A DNA stretch of 56,963 nt, the filler included, from Dugesia japonica (lineage: Eukaryota): NCBI GenBank assembly GCA_001938525.1. It is 5 parts of 5 records of this genome, joined end to end, with 100 filler letters (N's around TTAATTAATTAA, not from the genome) between each part and the next. Parts side by side here need not be neighbours in the genome. Positions count along the whole stretch, not along the records: positions 1 to 10,120 come from MQRL01636495.1; positions 10,221 to 18,553 come from MQRL01581400.1; 3 more parts are not named here. The stretch is one strand, 5' to 3'. A program made the position numbers and the translations under genes. Positions within the stretch are counted from its first letter, which is position 1. Each line of letters begins with the position of its first letter. The notes beneath the pieces are model-generated. The model was not told where the DNA came from, searched no databases, and saw nothing but the letters and a program-made list of their open reading frames with translations. Shown one piece after another: positions 1-12,240 of the stretch.

Positions 1-1871
1 TTTATTATGTAAATATCACAAAGACTCCCCTCTTTGATTATTTTTGATAGATATATTTTAACATGTAAATATCACATAGACTTCCCTCTTTGAAGTTTTT
101 TTGATAGATATATTTTCATAAATGCAACTCAGAAGCATTACAGCTGCAACACACATACACTGAAAATCACAAGTCTGAGAATTTTTAAAACTCAATATAG
201 CCAGCATTTTGATTTTTTAATGCAACTCAGTTACAACTCAGATGCAGCACACATACATTAAAAATCACATGTCTGGGAATTTTTATTGACATTTTAAATG
301 CAAAGGGTAAACTGCTCAGATGCAACACACATACACTGAAAATTACATGCCTATGAATTTTAGACTGCCTCATACCTTGCAAAATATCAAGTCTGTCCGT
401 TCCAATGCTAAATATAGTGGCTCACAAGTTAAATATATTGGCTCCCTATTCAAAATATCAAGACTGCTCATACCATGCAAAATTTGAAGACTCTGATATC
501 TTGTATTAATATCTTGTAATAATATCTTAAAAAATATCAAGACTGCCCATAACCTGCATAAAGTTCTTGTAAAATTATCTTAAAAAATATCAAATCTGCT
601 AGTGACATGCATAAATATCTTAAAAAATATCAAGATTGCATATCTTATGCAAAATATAGACTCTGCATGCAAAATATCAAGACTACACCATCTCTTACAT
701 AAAAAACTAATTTAATTAAATTAAATTTAATTTAGTTATAATAAAAGATTTTTCCCCATTGCAATGAAAAATTTCTTTTTTTTGAATTTCCCGCCAAAAT
801 AATAATTTTGAATCTAACGCCAAAATAATTTTTTTTGAATTTCTTGTCAAAAAGATTTTTTTTTAAATTTCCCGCCAAAAAAGTTTTCAAAAATATCAAG
901 ACTCCCCTCTTCTCCAGTTGAAAATTTTACAAAACAACACTTCCCCGATCAAAATACCGAAAAAATAACCAAAAATACATCAAAACCTCAAAAATGATAT
1001 TACTTTCATTAAATTCATCACATTAAGCAATATACAGTATTTTTTACCAAATTAATTATTTCAAAAATTTATGACGTCATAACGACCCGACAGAAAAATT
1101 TCAAAAAAATCTTATAAAATCTAATAATTAATTCTCTTTCCACACATGCCAACCTCTACCTCACGAAAATTTTTTTTAACATCTTTACTACTTACAAAAT
1201 CAACCAATCAAAAAGTAGCCCTTAAAATAAAAAACAAAGCACATTCGACAACCATCATCTTCACCATCACATNACCTCTCCNACAAGCCATCAAACAACA
1301 AATTCCACCAACAACATAAAAACTACAACCAAAACAAAAACCACCCACGATAACTCATATTTTGTGACCGTGTGCCACTACCCTTGTGGTGAAAACCATC
1401 CATCCAAACTCATAAGACCTTTAGACAATATATAGACCAAATTTTTGTCCGACCAGAAATAAATCTTCAAAATCCAAAAAAAATTATCTCCAAGATCTCC
1501 AGCTACTCCTCCTCGTTTTTTTCAGTCTTTGACACACACACACACAACCACAACTTGACCTACACTTTTTTAAAAGCACCTTAACAACCCAAACATAAAG
1601 AAAATTTAAAATTTAAAAATACACACACACCTTCAGGATAAAAAAAACTAATCAGATCAAAAAAAGTTTGATCCGATCAAAAATGTTTTGATCTTAAAAA
1701 TCTTAGGAAAATAAATCGATCACAAAAATCATGGTTAAAAAAACGCAGCTTAAGCGTAATGTGTTTCTGAGCCCCCCGGGAGGGGAGGGGGCTCGATAAG
1801 TGCTTAAAAATAATTGTGCCCGAATTTTGGCTCATTTACAAATTGTGCCCGTGTGCCACTATCTATCTACT
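1..1871 (-). mobile_element. Probable Maverick/Polinton-like terminal region with nested tandem repeats
   Basis: Ends in ACTATCTATCTACT (revcomp AGTAGATAGATAGT), the same 14-mer that starts the segment at 14340. Internal repeats: ~56-bp dimer (7-118), ~95-bp trimer (121-360), many AAAATATCAAGACT units (380-905). No polB or integrase seen, so the family is inferred. Confidence 0.45.
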
Positions 1872-1929
1872 CCAATTAACCAAAATATTGATTAACTGTA
1901 ATAAGATTAATTTTTTAAATAAATCAGAT

Positions 1930-2350
1930 ACTATAAGCAAGCACATAGTTTCATCTGTAGCGCAAAAAACTTGACATTATTGGAAAATTTAAAAATAAAA
2001 ACAGCTACGTCAATATCTGAAAAATATGACCTCGGAATTTCTACAATGTATGATATTAAATGATCTTCTGAAACTGTTTTTAGTAAAATCACTAATTTAA
2101 ATCAATCAAAAATGCTGACAAAGAAAGTCTTTTAAAGCATCATCAAGTGTAGATCTAGAGACGCTATTTATTATTGGTTCGCACAAAAGCAATAGCTTGG
2201 AATACCTATTGCCGGACCACTTATTTGTCAAAGGCTTTGTATTTTAATGAAAAACTAAATGACTTTCCAAACTTTAACGCTAGAATCGGTTGGCTAAATA
2301 ATTATAAATAAACATGAGATCCACTGCTTTCAAATTCAGAGCGAATCTTT
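1930..2350 (+). pseudogene. pogo/Tigger transposase N-terminal (CENP-B-type HTH) remnant
   Basis: Frameshifted translation ...SISEKYDLGISTMYDIK...WFAQKQ*LGIPIAGPLICQ(K)ALYFNEKLNDFPNFNARIGWLNNYK...HEIHCFQIQSES fits the pogo/Jerky DNA-binding region. Confidence 0.8.
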
Positions 2351-2503
2351 AAATTATCTCAGGTGTGAACTTTTACACCTTAAAGTAAACAATGAATTTT
2401 CATTGTGTCTAACGGTGGCGATTTTCAAACATTATTAATAAACGAAGTAATTTTCAAGCATTACGCTCTGAGCATAACTATTACTAGCCTTGCATGAGTC
2501 TTA

Positions 2504-3080
2504 TCGGGTAACATAACAAAAATGAGAATTAAAATAAGATTAAATTTTATTTTATACAATCTACAAAAATATAGTAGTGTTAATCAATGATATTTTCCTT
2601 CTTTTTATCCACTACTTCCTCCCAACGTTTGACTAAATTTTCAATACCGAACTTAAAGAAAGTTTCGGGTTTCATACCAATAAACTCCTTGGCAGCGGTT
2701 TTGATAACATTGATTTTTCGTCAGCTAAAATGTGTGTCAATTAATGAAACAGGTGATAATCGAATGCTGCGGCGTCAAATGAGTAAGATGGTTGTAGCAT
2801 GACTTCTTAGCCAAACTCTTTGATCCTCTCTTGTGTCGCATTTGCAGTGTGAGGCCTCGCATTGTTTTGGTGGAAGTTAATCTCTTTTTTATTAATCAAA
2901 CGGGGTGTTTGTTAAGCCATGCATTATAAAGTTTATGCAATTGTCGACAATAAATATTTGCAGTAATGGCCTTATTGCTAAGAAGAATTTCAAAATGAAT
3001 GACACCATTAATCTTTTACCAAATAGAGAGCATAGCTTTCATATCATATCAGTAATCATATCAGCAGAGAATGTCAAGGA
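2504..3080 (-). mobile_element. mariner transposon 3' remnant
   Basis: Minus strand HQNNARPHTA (degenerate HDNARPH) and KPETFFKFGIENLVKRWEEVVD; TA followed by TIR-like TCGGGTAACATAAC at 2502. Confidence 0.85.
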
Positions 3081-3900
3081 CTAAAACGAAGTTAGGTAAA
3101 TTACGAACCATATGAAAAGGGAATGAAAAGAAGCACGTATGCTGAGAAGGTACAAGAAAGTATCTTCAATAAAAAAGATCGATATAACAGATATAGACAG
3201 GTAAATACCATAAAAGAGGAAAGTAGCCAGAACGAAGAAGTAGTAGAAGCGACGGAACGAAAGATTGGTTACCCAAAAGAGAGAGATTTGAAAGTAGAAG
3301 AGGTGGTCGGAGCCATATACTAAAATGTATGGTGGCATAATATTTTCGGGCGTTGAGAAATGGGAAGAGGCAAAGAGAGTAGGTGAGAAATTTTTTAATT
3401 TATTACGGAGAAAGACATCCATAGGAGAAGTATGAGAGGAGTGACAGTTGAATATAACAGATTCCAAGGAATATCAAGTGTTGGTATACAAGTCGAGGGG
3501 AAAAGATGCAATGTTTGTTAGATACGGGAGCAGAAATGAATATTATGAACGAATGAGGCTGAGAGAAACAAGGGAGGAAACAGATAGAAAAGAGAGAATT
3601 AAAATTGCGCTTCGTAAATAATAGCATGTTGGAGACAAGATGAAAGGTATTCATGGAAGTAAGAATTGGTTGGAGAACAAACCAAGTAGCCTTTATAATA
3701 TGTAAAATTGTATTCCCAAAGATAATTGTCGTTACGGAGTTTTTAAATATGTTTGGACTGAGGATAATCAATAAAAAAGGAATTATCAAGGAAGATAACT
3801 ACATTTGTAATATAGAGGCAAACTTTGGCAGAAAGCGAACATCGCCATCGATTGGGGAAGAGATTTGCGGTTAAGGGAAGTTTGTATAGGAAGTTTGAAA
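3081..3900 (+). mobile_element. Ty3/Gypsy gag-protease fragment (degraded)
   Basis: MQCLLDTGAEMNIM aspartic protease motif at ~3506-3548; purine-rich gag-like upstream sequence; multiple stops. Confidence 0.8.
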
Positions 3901-3939
3901 TTATATAGACAGCCAATGAATCTAGAAAATTTCTAGGAA

Positions 3940-4922
3940 AATTCTTCGATCAACAACAGCGGATGAAATAAATGTTTGTCTAAAGTACTTTAATCTTGGC
4001 GACACCAATAAACGTTAAACTTAACTACAGATATGCATGTCCATCTGCAAAATAATCGACCAGCTGAGATATTTTCACATCAATTACTGGAAATTTGGAA
4101 AGGAAATGCGTCGATTTATTTTATTTCAGAACGAATTTCATTGCATCATCACTTCTTCAATTGATTGACGTCAAATGAAAAATTGGTTTAAAAGTATTTT
4201 CCAATATTCAAACCAATTATCAGAATCACGAACGTATGTGTGAACGAACTATTCTTGCGGGCAGGAACAAAGACTTCTACGAACTTAATAATATTATTCA
4301 GCCTAACATTCAAAGCGAGACAGTCACATACCAGTCCGTTGATATGGTTCTAGAAGTAGATGAAAAGAAAAACTATTATTTATCCAACAAAATTTCTGAA
4401 TACACCAATCTCTCAAGGACTCCCCTGCATGCACTGCAATTGAAAATCTGCGTGCTAATTATCATGTTACGAAATAACAACCAACCAAATCTTTGCAACG
4501 GCACGCGGCTTGCAGTTAAAAAGTTAATGAGCAAAGTCCTAGAACCAGCAACTATGATAGAACCTTTTAAAGGTGAAAATTCCATCATTCCTCACATTCC
4601 TATGTTCCAATGGATATACCATTTCAATTTAAGAGATTGCAATTCTTAATTCAATTTACGTTGGCAATCATCAAGAAATCTCAGGGCCAATCTTCAGAAT
4701 TATGAAGTTTAGATCTAGACAAATTGCTTTTCACATGGCAAATTGTATGTTGCATGTTCTAGAGTTAGCAAACCAGGCAATCTTTGCATCTGCACAGATA
4801 GTGGAACAACACAAAATATTGTAAACACACAAACATTGTGAAATTAAACATCAGAAACCTGCGCTTTCTATTTTCCATTTAACCAGACTGACCCACAGCA
4901 ATGTGTGACCGAGTACAGCTAG
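3940..4922 (+). mobile_element. Helitron 3' end with decayed PIF1-type helicase
   Basis: IIMLRNNNQPNLCNGTRL, PFQFKRLQF, KSQGQS and FSHGKLYVACSRV helicase motifs; subterminal hairpin CACA-GCAA-TGTG (~4894-4905); CTAG 3' terminus at 4919-4922 followed by T. Confidence 0.93.
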
Positions 4923-5427
4923 TTGTTAATGAAATTGTTAATAACATTGTTTAAACTAATAAGCACCAAACATGTTTTACAAAAAGTCGAAGAAACAGGA
5001 AGAAGAAATAAAGCGATTCAATAAAATTAAACAAGCAAATCAATTTACATATTTTCTAATAAATAAACACAATAATATAGTATGTGAATGTTAATTCTAA
5101 TATGTATTCTAGAATACATTCTAATAAACAGTTATACATATACAGACTGTTTAGGCGCCAGTGGCATATCATTTGTTAGATATTTTTATAAGCAAATTGA
5201 GATTGAATTTGCCTACTTAATAAGCCATTTTGTTATTTATACCGATTTTCTAAAATTTTCTCAATAATTTTATTTTTTAGAGAAAAGTTTTCTAAAATAA
5301 ATTTAAAACAGTAACCATTTCAACACAGCCTAACAAAAGTACTATGATTTTAATATTTTATTTATTAGATAACATCAAATACATTGTTCGTCGTTTAAAA
5401 TAATGTAAGAAATTTAGTTATTGAAAA

Positions 5428-5752
5428 TTAATTAATAATTTCACTAACCGAAGGAGAGCATACTTTTCTTTTGTTTTCAAAATTGTCAAATTCCGACATT
5501 TGATTATTTATTGCTATCATTTTTGTTTGAATTCTATCAAATAAATCAACGACAATATCATTTATATTAAATTTTCGTTTGCTTTCCACGAAATTACAAT
5601 TGAATTGAGGAAGGATCTCATCAATATGCTCGCCACTTAATTTACAAAGAGCTAATGTTGCACGCGAATAATTTAAAAGACTTTTGATTTCAGTGTTAAA
5701 TTTTTCTTTCATTTTCAAATAATAATCTATGTTTATTTGACTATCTTCAATA
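5428..5752 (-). CDS. CCDC151: CCDC151/ODAD3-like gene, downstream (possibly terminal) exon
   Basis: 47-nt GT-AG intron (5753-5799) joins in frame (TG|T = Cys). Continues IEDSQINIDYYLKMKEKFNTEIKSLL...LCKLSGEHIDEIL, matching the ODAD3 K.S.EH motif. Stop at 5428-5430 with AATAAA ~65 nt further; an alternative donor at 5463 is possible. Confidence 0.65.
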
Positions 5753-5799
5753 CTAAATTAAAATTAACAAACCGTTTCCATAAGAAATGAATACATTAC

Positions 5800-6101
5800 C
5801 AAGCCACTTTCGTTTCATTATCATATGTATTAAAATTATACTTATGTATAAATCTTTCTTTCTCTTTGCTATAATTAATAGATTGCTTTTCGAAATCATC
5901 AATCATGTTTCTTAAATGTGTTTCCATGTTATTTTGATTTTTAAAACGTTGAACAGCTTCTTTTATGTTTAAAACACCAGAAATATCTTGAAATTGTCGG
6001 TATATATCTTCGTATTTAATTATTTTAATTTGAAATCCATCGTTTATTTGAATATTTGCTAAAAAGTCATCATTAACTTGAACAGTTGAATCACGGGTTT
6101 C
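5800..6101 (-). CDS. CCDC151: CCDC151/ODAD3-like outer dynein arm docking complex subunit, internal exon (302 nt)
   Basis: AG acceptor at 6103-6102 and GT donor at 5799-5798. Open frame ETRDST...KIIKYEDIYRQFQDISGVLNIKEAVQRFKNQNNMETHL...EKERF...TYDNETKVA, missed by the ORF track. Fits the recalled ODAD3 pattern E..F..I...TG.....V.RF..Q.....L...EK......Y..E. Confidence 0.65.
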
Positions 6102-6199
6102 CTTTTATAAAATAATACTTTTAATCAGAATAATAAAAATATCATTGAAATTCAAAACCTTATACAATTAGAGAAACATTAATTAATTAAAGTTTTAAC

Positions 6200-6244
6200 C
6201 GTAGTTCTTAACACAGATTCAACTGTTTCAAAATTATTTTCTTT
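6200..6244 (-). CDS. Possible upstream exon piece of the CCDC151-like gene
   Basis: KENNFETVESVLRTT|GTTAAA phase-0 donor is frame-compatible with the exon at 6101; 5' boundary unclear because of an in-frame TAA just upstream. Confidence 0.35.
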
Positions 6245-6479
6245 GAGCAATTATCTCGTCAAAAAGATGAAATTAGTAAATACATCGAAAACCAATGTTA
6301 GAAATGTTTAAGTGAGAATATTTAATTCTAAATTTTAAATTAAACAGAATTTTAATTTGTTTGAATTAATATTAAGTGGTGGAGATAGTTTGTATTTGTG
6401 AGTAAATTTTTATAGAATCAAATTGTGACTTCGATTCTTCGATGAGTACTCCAAACTCACCTGACATACTGATTTACAG

Positions 6480-6760
6480 AATATACAATTTAGTATACAG
6501 TTTGATAAGTTGTCAGTACGAGACAAAGAGACTTTACTGATTAAAGTAAAGTACGATCTATTAAGCAAAAGAAAGTCTATGAAGAAAAGGAGAAAGAATT
6601 TTTCAAGAATTAAAAAAGGTAATAATATTCCAATGAAAAATATTATTTCATGTGCAACAGATGTAGCACAAAACATGTTAGGTTGTAAAGCTGGTGTAAT
6701 AGCGAGTTTAAAAGAGAAATTACAATTTTTTTTAATATTTATTGTTTTATTCATGGAAAG
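6480..6760 (+). pseudogene. hAT (Buster/Charlie/ZBED8-like) transposase fragment
   Basis: IQFDKLSVRDKETLL (cf. QLDEST..D...LL) and NIPMKNIISCATDVAQNMLGCKAGVIASLK (cf. CATDGA..M.G...G). Confidence 0.75.
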
Positions 6761-6838
6761 ATTCTTGAAAAAAGCTTAATGACAGGCTTTCTTTTAGACT
6801 GTCATATGAGAGATTACTTCTTTTATTAATATTATTAT

Positions 6839-8466
6839 TGTTGAGGTGAAACAACTGGTACGGAAAATAAAAATGACATTAAGCGGACTCTAAATTCTAA
6901 ATATTGTCATAAGAAAAGAAAAACGAAGAACCCCGACAAAAGAAAGGCTAAGTTCAGTTAAAGAAGGTAATAATTGAAAGAAAAACCAAGATTATGAAGT
7001 TAAAACCTACGAAATAACCCGAAGAACCTGAGATTACAGCAGAAAAACAACTTAGAATTAAGAAAGCCAAAGAAGAAAAGAAGTAATAAAAGCCTATAAA
7101 AAAAACAAGGAAAATAATAAATAACAACCAAGTAATTAGTCATTAGGACGCAATACGGAAATATTATTGAATTAATATTGAAAGAAGAAGAAAGTAAATT
7201 AAAAGAATTAATTATTGGAAGAAAATGACAAAATTAAATCAATATTGAAATAGAAGAAAAATGGACGTGAAATTAATATTTAAGAAGAAAAAAAAATAAA
7301 TTATTTATTTAAATAAAATAAATATGAATTAAAATGATTTATTTAAAAGAAAAAAATTAAATATTTTTACAAAAATTCAAAAAATGGAGGTTTTCTATCA
7401 AATTAAAATCAGCAATTAAGAAAATTATAGTCAAGAAAAAATCCGAAATTTCAAAAATCCAAGTTAAAAAATCATAGCAAAACTAAGAAAGAAGATACAA
7501 TGGTTTGAAGATTNACCAATGGAGCTCCAATAATTTTGGAATTCCAAAATTTTAACCAATAAGGAGAACTCATGTGACAATCAAGATAATAAGAACGTTA
7601 GAAGAATCGTACAACTTCCAGTAACCAATAGAAAGAACGGAGGTGCAAGGAAAAATTGGTATAAATACCATTTTAATTTTAGAAGTAAAAACAGTCAAAA
7701 TATTTTTTTGCAATCAAAAACGTTTTACTCATCAAACTTTTAGTTTTGGATCGAAACTTATCGCAAGAGGTAATCATTCTTTTTTTTAAAAAAAGTGTGT
7801 TTCGCAAAGGTTTGCAACCCCAAAACTTATGGAAGGAGGATTTTCCGTCACTCTGTGTGCTTGCTTTGGATCGATACGCGACTCATGTAAGTTCGGATTA
7901 TTATATCATTTTAAAATTTTACTGTACCCAATTTAACAATATAAGTTTCATTAACAAAGTTTTGTATTATTAATTAGTTACCTAATTTTTTACGAAGTAA
8001 TCATTTCGTAATTAAATTATCAAGGGTAATAAGTGTTTAATAAGTGATTAAAAAATTTTCCAAACCCGCCATTTTGAGTAATTCTATTTAAAAGTAATTC
8101 TGAGTAAACTATTGAGTAATTCCTCTTGTAATATCAACAAACCCGTAAAAGTTGTTATTAATTAAGATTGAACCAGATTATAAAATAAAGACTAATAAAC
8201 GCCGCACAAAGTGGACAAATAATGAATCAAGGAGTAATAAGAAAACGACAAGTAAGAATTAAGAATTTCTTGAGAATCAAGCGAGTATCATGAAGTATGA
8301 ACCCAAACCAAAGAAATGCGAGTCTGTACTTGGATTCCGAGTCAACAGCTCCATTCCGAAGATTTGGATTTTTGGGGATTCCAGATTAAATCCTTCAGGG
8401 GATTTTATTAGACCGACCATCCTAGACTTAATTACAAGAAATCAGCCCACCTAGATAAAACCCCAA

Positions 8467-8468
<2 letters not shown>
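6839..8468 (+). mobile_element. Probable long solo LTR (~1.63 kb) in an (ATT)n microsatellite
   Basis: TGTTGAGGT...ACCCCAACA termini (TG..CA, 8/9 inverted match), TTAT on both sides, TATTTAAA at ~8086 and AATAAA at ~8183 and ~8194. Confidence 0.6.
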
Positions 8469-8512
<44 letters not shown>

Positions 8513-8562
8513 NNNNNNNNNNNNNNNNNNNNNNNNNNNNNNNNNNNNNNNNNNNNNNNNNN

Positions 8563-9540
8563 AAAATGTTGATTCTCGTCTGGTTGATTATAATGATGTA
8601 GTTTATAGTAATTTGATCAATCAGATTGAGAATCTAATGAAGAAAATCATCCCAGATATGATAAAATTTGGATTTCAAAAATATATAGAGTAAGGATTTT
8701 AATTTTTTAATTAGAAAATCAGTTAAGGAAGTTTTGAATGAAACTAATGTTTGCGCTGATGGACTGAGNNNNNNNNNNNNNNNNNNNNNNNNNNNNNNNN
8801 NAGTTGTTTCAATCCCGGCAATTTCTGATGCAGAAGTCGAAATCCACAACGAAATTCAGTCAAATACTGAAGGTATTATGAAATTCTCTAATATAATAAA
8901 ATTTTTTATTAATTTCAAAAGTAATAATAAATGTAATGATGAAGATAAAATATCTAAGGTCACTACTAGTAGGATGAATGGACCTTCTACTAATTTTAAC
9001 TATATTTTTCGAATACTCACAAAAGGTGAGAAAAGAAAACTTTTTGAATCTTTTCCAAATTTTTTAACATTAATTAAAATGAAAGAGTCTTTTCATAAAT
9101 ATTAGACAATTAATAATGAAATTAAAAAATTTTACAATGTAAATGATTATATTAAAACTAATAACTTACATCATCTGTTTTATAGAAATTTTAATTTTTG
9201 TGTAACAATAAAAATTTCTGAAAGTTCTAAGACTAGTAAGCCAAAAATTTTTAAAAATATTTACCTTCTCGAAAATAAAATTATTGAAATAAATTGTGCA
9301 ATAATTTTGTTTTTGTTTCACAATCTATTAAGAGATTTTAATTTTCTTTGTTGAGTGAATTAGCTTCAACTATAATAATTCAAAACCCACAGCATAAATC
9401 AAATAAAATTAAAAAAATTCTTAAATCTTTAATTGAAAGTGGTTAATCACCAGAATTTTGAATGAAATCAAATATAATAAATTTGAGAATGACAACTTCG
9501 CTTATTTTGATTTATTAGATAAATCACCTTTATTCAAAGA
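8563..9540 (+). mobile_element. Possible Penelope-like element 5' ORF remnant
   Basis: Decayed frame ...IYLLENKIIEINCAI...DFNFLC... resembles PLE N-terminal regions; flanked by (ATT)n on both sides. Weak. Confidence 0.35.
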
Positions 9541-9552
9541 ATTATTATTATT

Positions 9553-10120
9553 ATAGAGGGATAGTGGCTGGCATAGCCACCTGTGTGCGAACCCCCCCAC
9601 AGATTAGTGATGTAATTAGTGCGATTATCTGAAATTTGATAGTTAATCTATGATGTAATTACATAATCGGTAATTTAATCCATCAATTAAATTTATTATG
9701 CAATTTTTAATTGGAATTATTTTTTACAATAATTTTTTGGCGGTAAAAATTTTTCAATGATTTTAGTTGGCAAAACTTTTTTCCTGTGGTTTTAGTTGAC
9801 AATATTTTTTCTAATGTATTTAGTTGGGAAAATTTTTTATAGGCTTTTTTTNNNNNNNNNNNNNNNNNNNNNNNNNNNNNNNNNNNNNNNNNNNNNNNNN
9901 NNNNNNNNNNNNNNNNNNNNNNNNNNNNNNNNNNNNNNNNNNNNNNNNNNNNNNNNNNNNNNNNNNNNNNNTAGAATTTTTTCCCTGTGTATTTACTGGC
10001 AATATTTTTTATAGGCTTTTTAAGTGGCAATATTTTTTAAGGCATGTTAGGAGGGATAATTTTTTATGGGAGTTTTTTTTATAGAAATTCGGGCATGTTG
10101 TTTAAATAATATGGAAAATT
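9553..10120 (+). mobile_element. Degenerate copy of the Maverick-like terminal repeat family
   Basis: ATAGAGGGATAGTGGCTGGCATAGCCAC shares GATAGTGGC with the 1871 end and CATAGCCA with the 14340 end; TTGGC(G/A) repeats resemble the revcomp of 780-880. Confidence 0.35.
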
Positions 10121-10220
10121 NNNNNNNNNNNNNNNNNNNNNNNNNNNNNNNNNNNNNNNNNNNNTTAATTAATTAANNNNNNNNNNNNNNNNNNNNNNNN
10201 NNNNNNNNNNNNNNNNNNNN
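10121..10220. other. Artificial contig spacer (44N-TTAATTAATTAA-44N)
   Basis: Identical 100-bp structure with a six-frame stop linker at 10121-10220, 18554-18653, 27802-27901 and 44012-44111. Confidence 0.97.
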
Positions 10221-10289
10221 TCAGTCTTTTTATCGAAATCAATATTATTACCAACCAAATTTTCTTGAATAAGCTTGAATAACGAATGA

Positions 10290-10600
10290 ATTTGTATCCA
10301 TTGAATAAGCCTCTTACTTACAAAAGATATGTTGACGATGTTTTCCTTATTTTTGGTAATTGTTAACATGTTTTGCCTTTCCAGAGTTTTATGAATTCGT
10401 TACATCCTAATATTAGATTTACTGTAGAGGAAGAAAGAAATGGTAATTTGCCTTTTTTGATATTTTAATAGAAAGGAAATCAACACATTATGAGACTGAA
10501 ATCTACAGAAAGAAAACTAATACTGGCTTGTATGTTACCCTAAATAGCTTTTGTGATCCTGCTTATAAAAGGAACATGATAAAGGGCTTAGTATTTCGTT
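10290..10600 (+). mobile_element. Penelope-like element reverse transcriptase fragment
   Basis: NKPLTYKRYVDDVFLIF...FMNSLHPNIRFTVEEERNGNLPF(L)DILI...EIYRKKTNTGLYV...YKRNMIKGLVFR: PLE RT YVDD and thumb motifs. Confidence 0.93.
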
Positions 10601-11339
10601 TTGTTAATTTTTGTGTGTGGAAAAAATATATTTTTATTATCTTTATGCTTTAATTTAACTTTTTAAAATAAACTTTCTAAATTCATTAAATATTATTTTC
10701 AAATATATATTTCAATATATTCATCAAAATATTATTTTTCTCATTTTTATATTTTTTAGGTTTTGATAGTTTTAAAAATTTTGTAAATTTTTATATAAAT
10801 TTAAATACAGTTGAAATATAGTAAGAAAATTTTGTTTAAATAAATTTGAATAAAAGTTCAAATTTGAGTTAAATTAACTATCAATTGGATTTTCATTGGT
10901 TTTGAAATGTTCTAAATAAATTTACTAAATTTTTTGAAATCATTAATTAAATTTTTTAAATTGAATTTTAAATCAACTGTCAATTGTATATTGGCTGAAT
11001 CAGATATTTTTTTAACAAGTTAGTTAAACTTTGCTCGAATCAACTTGGTTGAAAGATTTAATTAAATTAATTATCAGCAGTACATTACTGGTTTAAATAT
11101 TTTAAAAATTAACTGAATTTTGAGGTATTGCTTGCGAATAAAATTATATAAATTTTTGAAGTATGAATTTGTTCTGATGCTAAATTATGCATTCTAAGAA
11201 GTCAATATTTATTTCTAAATCTCTAATTCTTTTTTCCATCCTATTTAATCTGCATAATTTTACTAATTCTAATTTAAAGAAAATTAATAACTTAATTATA
11301 TGTAACTCAGCTCTTTACTTGGAATCATACTTATAATTA

Positions 11340-12240
11340 TTGGGTTGTCCGGAAAGTCCAAGTCGATTTGTAATTAAAATTCAAATATAACATTTAAAAT
11401 TCAAAACAAATTTATTAAACTACTTAATAGACAATTTTATTCCACAACAGTTTTTTATATTTGACGCAACTAAAAGATTTCATCCTTCCAGAATTTATAA
11501 AGTTTTTAGGCAAAAGAATTAAGATAATTTTTTATATCGACCAAAGAGCTAAAGGTTTTGCCATTAAAGAAATTTTCTAAAGACATAAATAAGTAGAAAT
11601 ATGCGTGGGCAATGTTTGCTGAATAAAACGAATGGGCCAACACTTACCTATTGAGCTCCGAACGATTTTTTCTAGCATCTAAAAGTAAATGAGAGCGAGA
11701 TTTGTCCTGATGAAACACGACCTTCTTTCGATGGCATAGTGCTGGACGTTGACGTTCAATTTTCTAATTTCTAGCAATAATTTTCGGAATTTATCGTCTT
11801 TTAGTTGATTGAATCTCAGAAAACCAAATTCCTTGTCAGTACCACCAGACACAGAGCATAACTTAATTTAAACGAAGACCGGCTTTTGGGGTGGTTAATG
11901 TCGATTCGATTTGCTTTCCCCAGAATCTTTTCCCCTGAAAACTATTATAAATGATCCATTTCTCATATTTTGTTACTACGTGCTTTAAAAATGNTATTGT
12001 CTCGCTGCGTTTGTAGAGTGAGTCGCATATGTTAAAGAAATCCACCAAGTTCTTTTCACACAAGTCGTTTGAAATTCATATATCTAAACAGTTATACACC
12101 CAAACTTCAATAAATGCTCATGAGTGATTATTTTCGGTATATTTAATTATTCTGCTAATTCACGTGTCGTATGGTGTAGGTTATTGTCTACAAAAGTTTT
12201 GATTCGATAGTCATTAGTGGTGTTAGGTCGAACTGCATTA
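11340..12240 (-). mobile_element. mariner (DD34D) element, 5'-truncated and decayed
   Basis: TA then TTGGGTTGTCCGGAAAGT TIR at 11340; ICDSLYKR...FLKHVVTKYEKWIIYN...TTPKAGL and VVFHQDK transposase motifs. Confidence 0.9.

Noticed and set aside
7-905. CRISPR-like array
   Set aside because: Repeats are degenerate with variable length, spacers are related to each other, there are no cas genes and the DNA is eukaryotic.
3081-3789. Hydrophobic minus-strand ORFs (3081-3467, 3403-3789) and similar ones at 13652-14086, 17883-18252 and 41053-41274
   Set aside because: Antisense shadows of purine-rich TE sequence, not membrane proteins.
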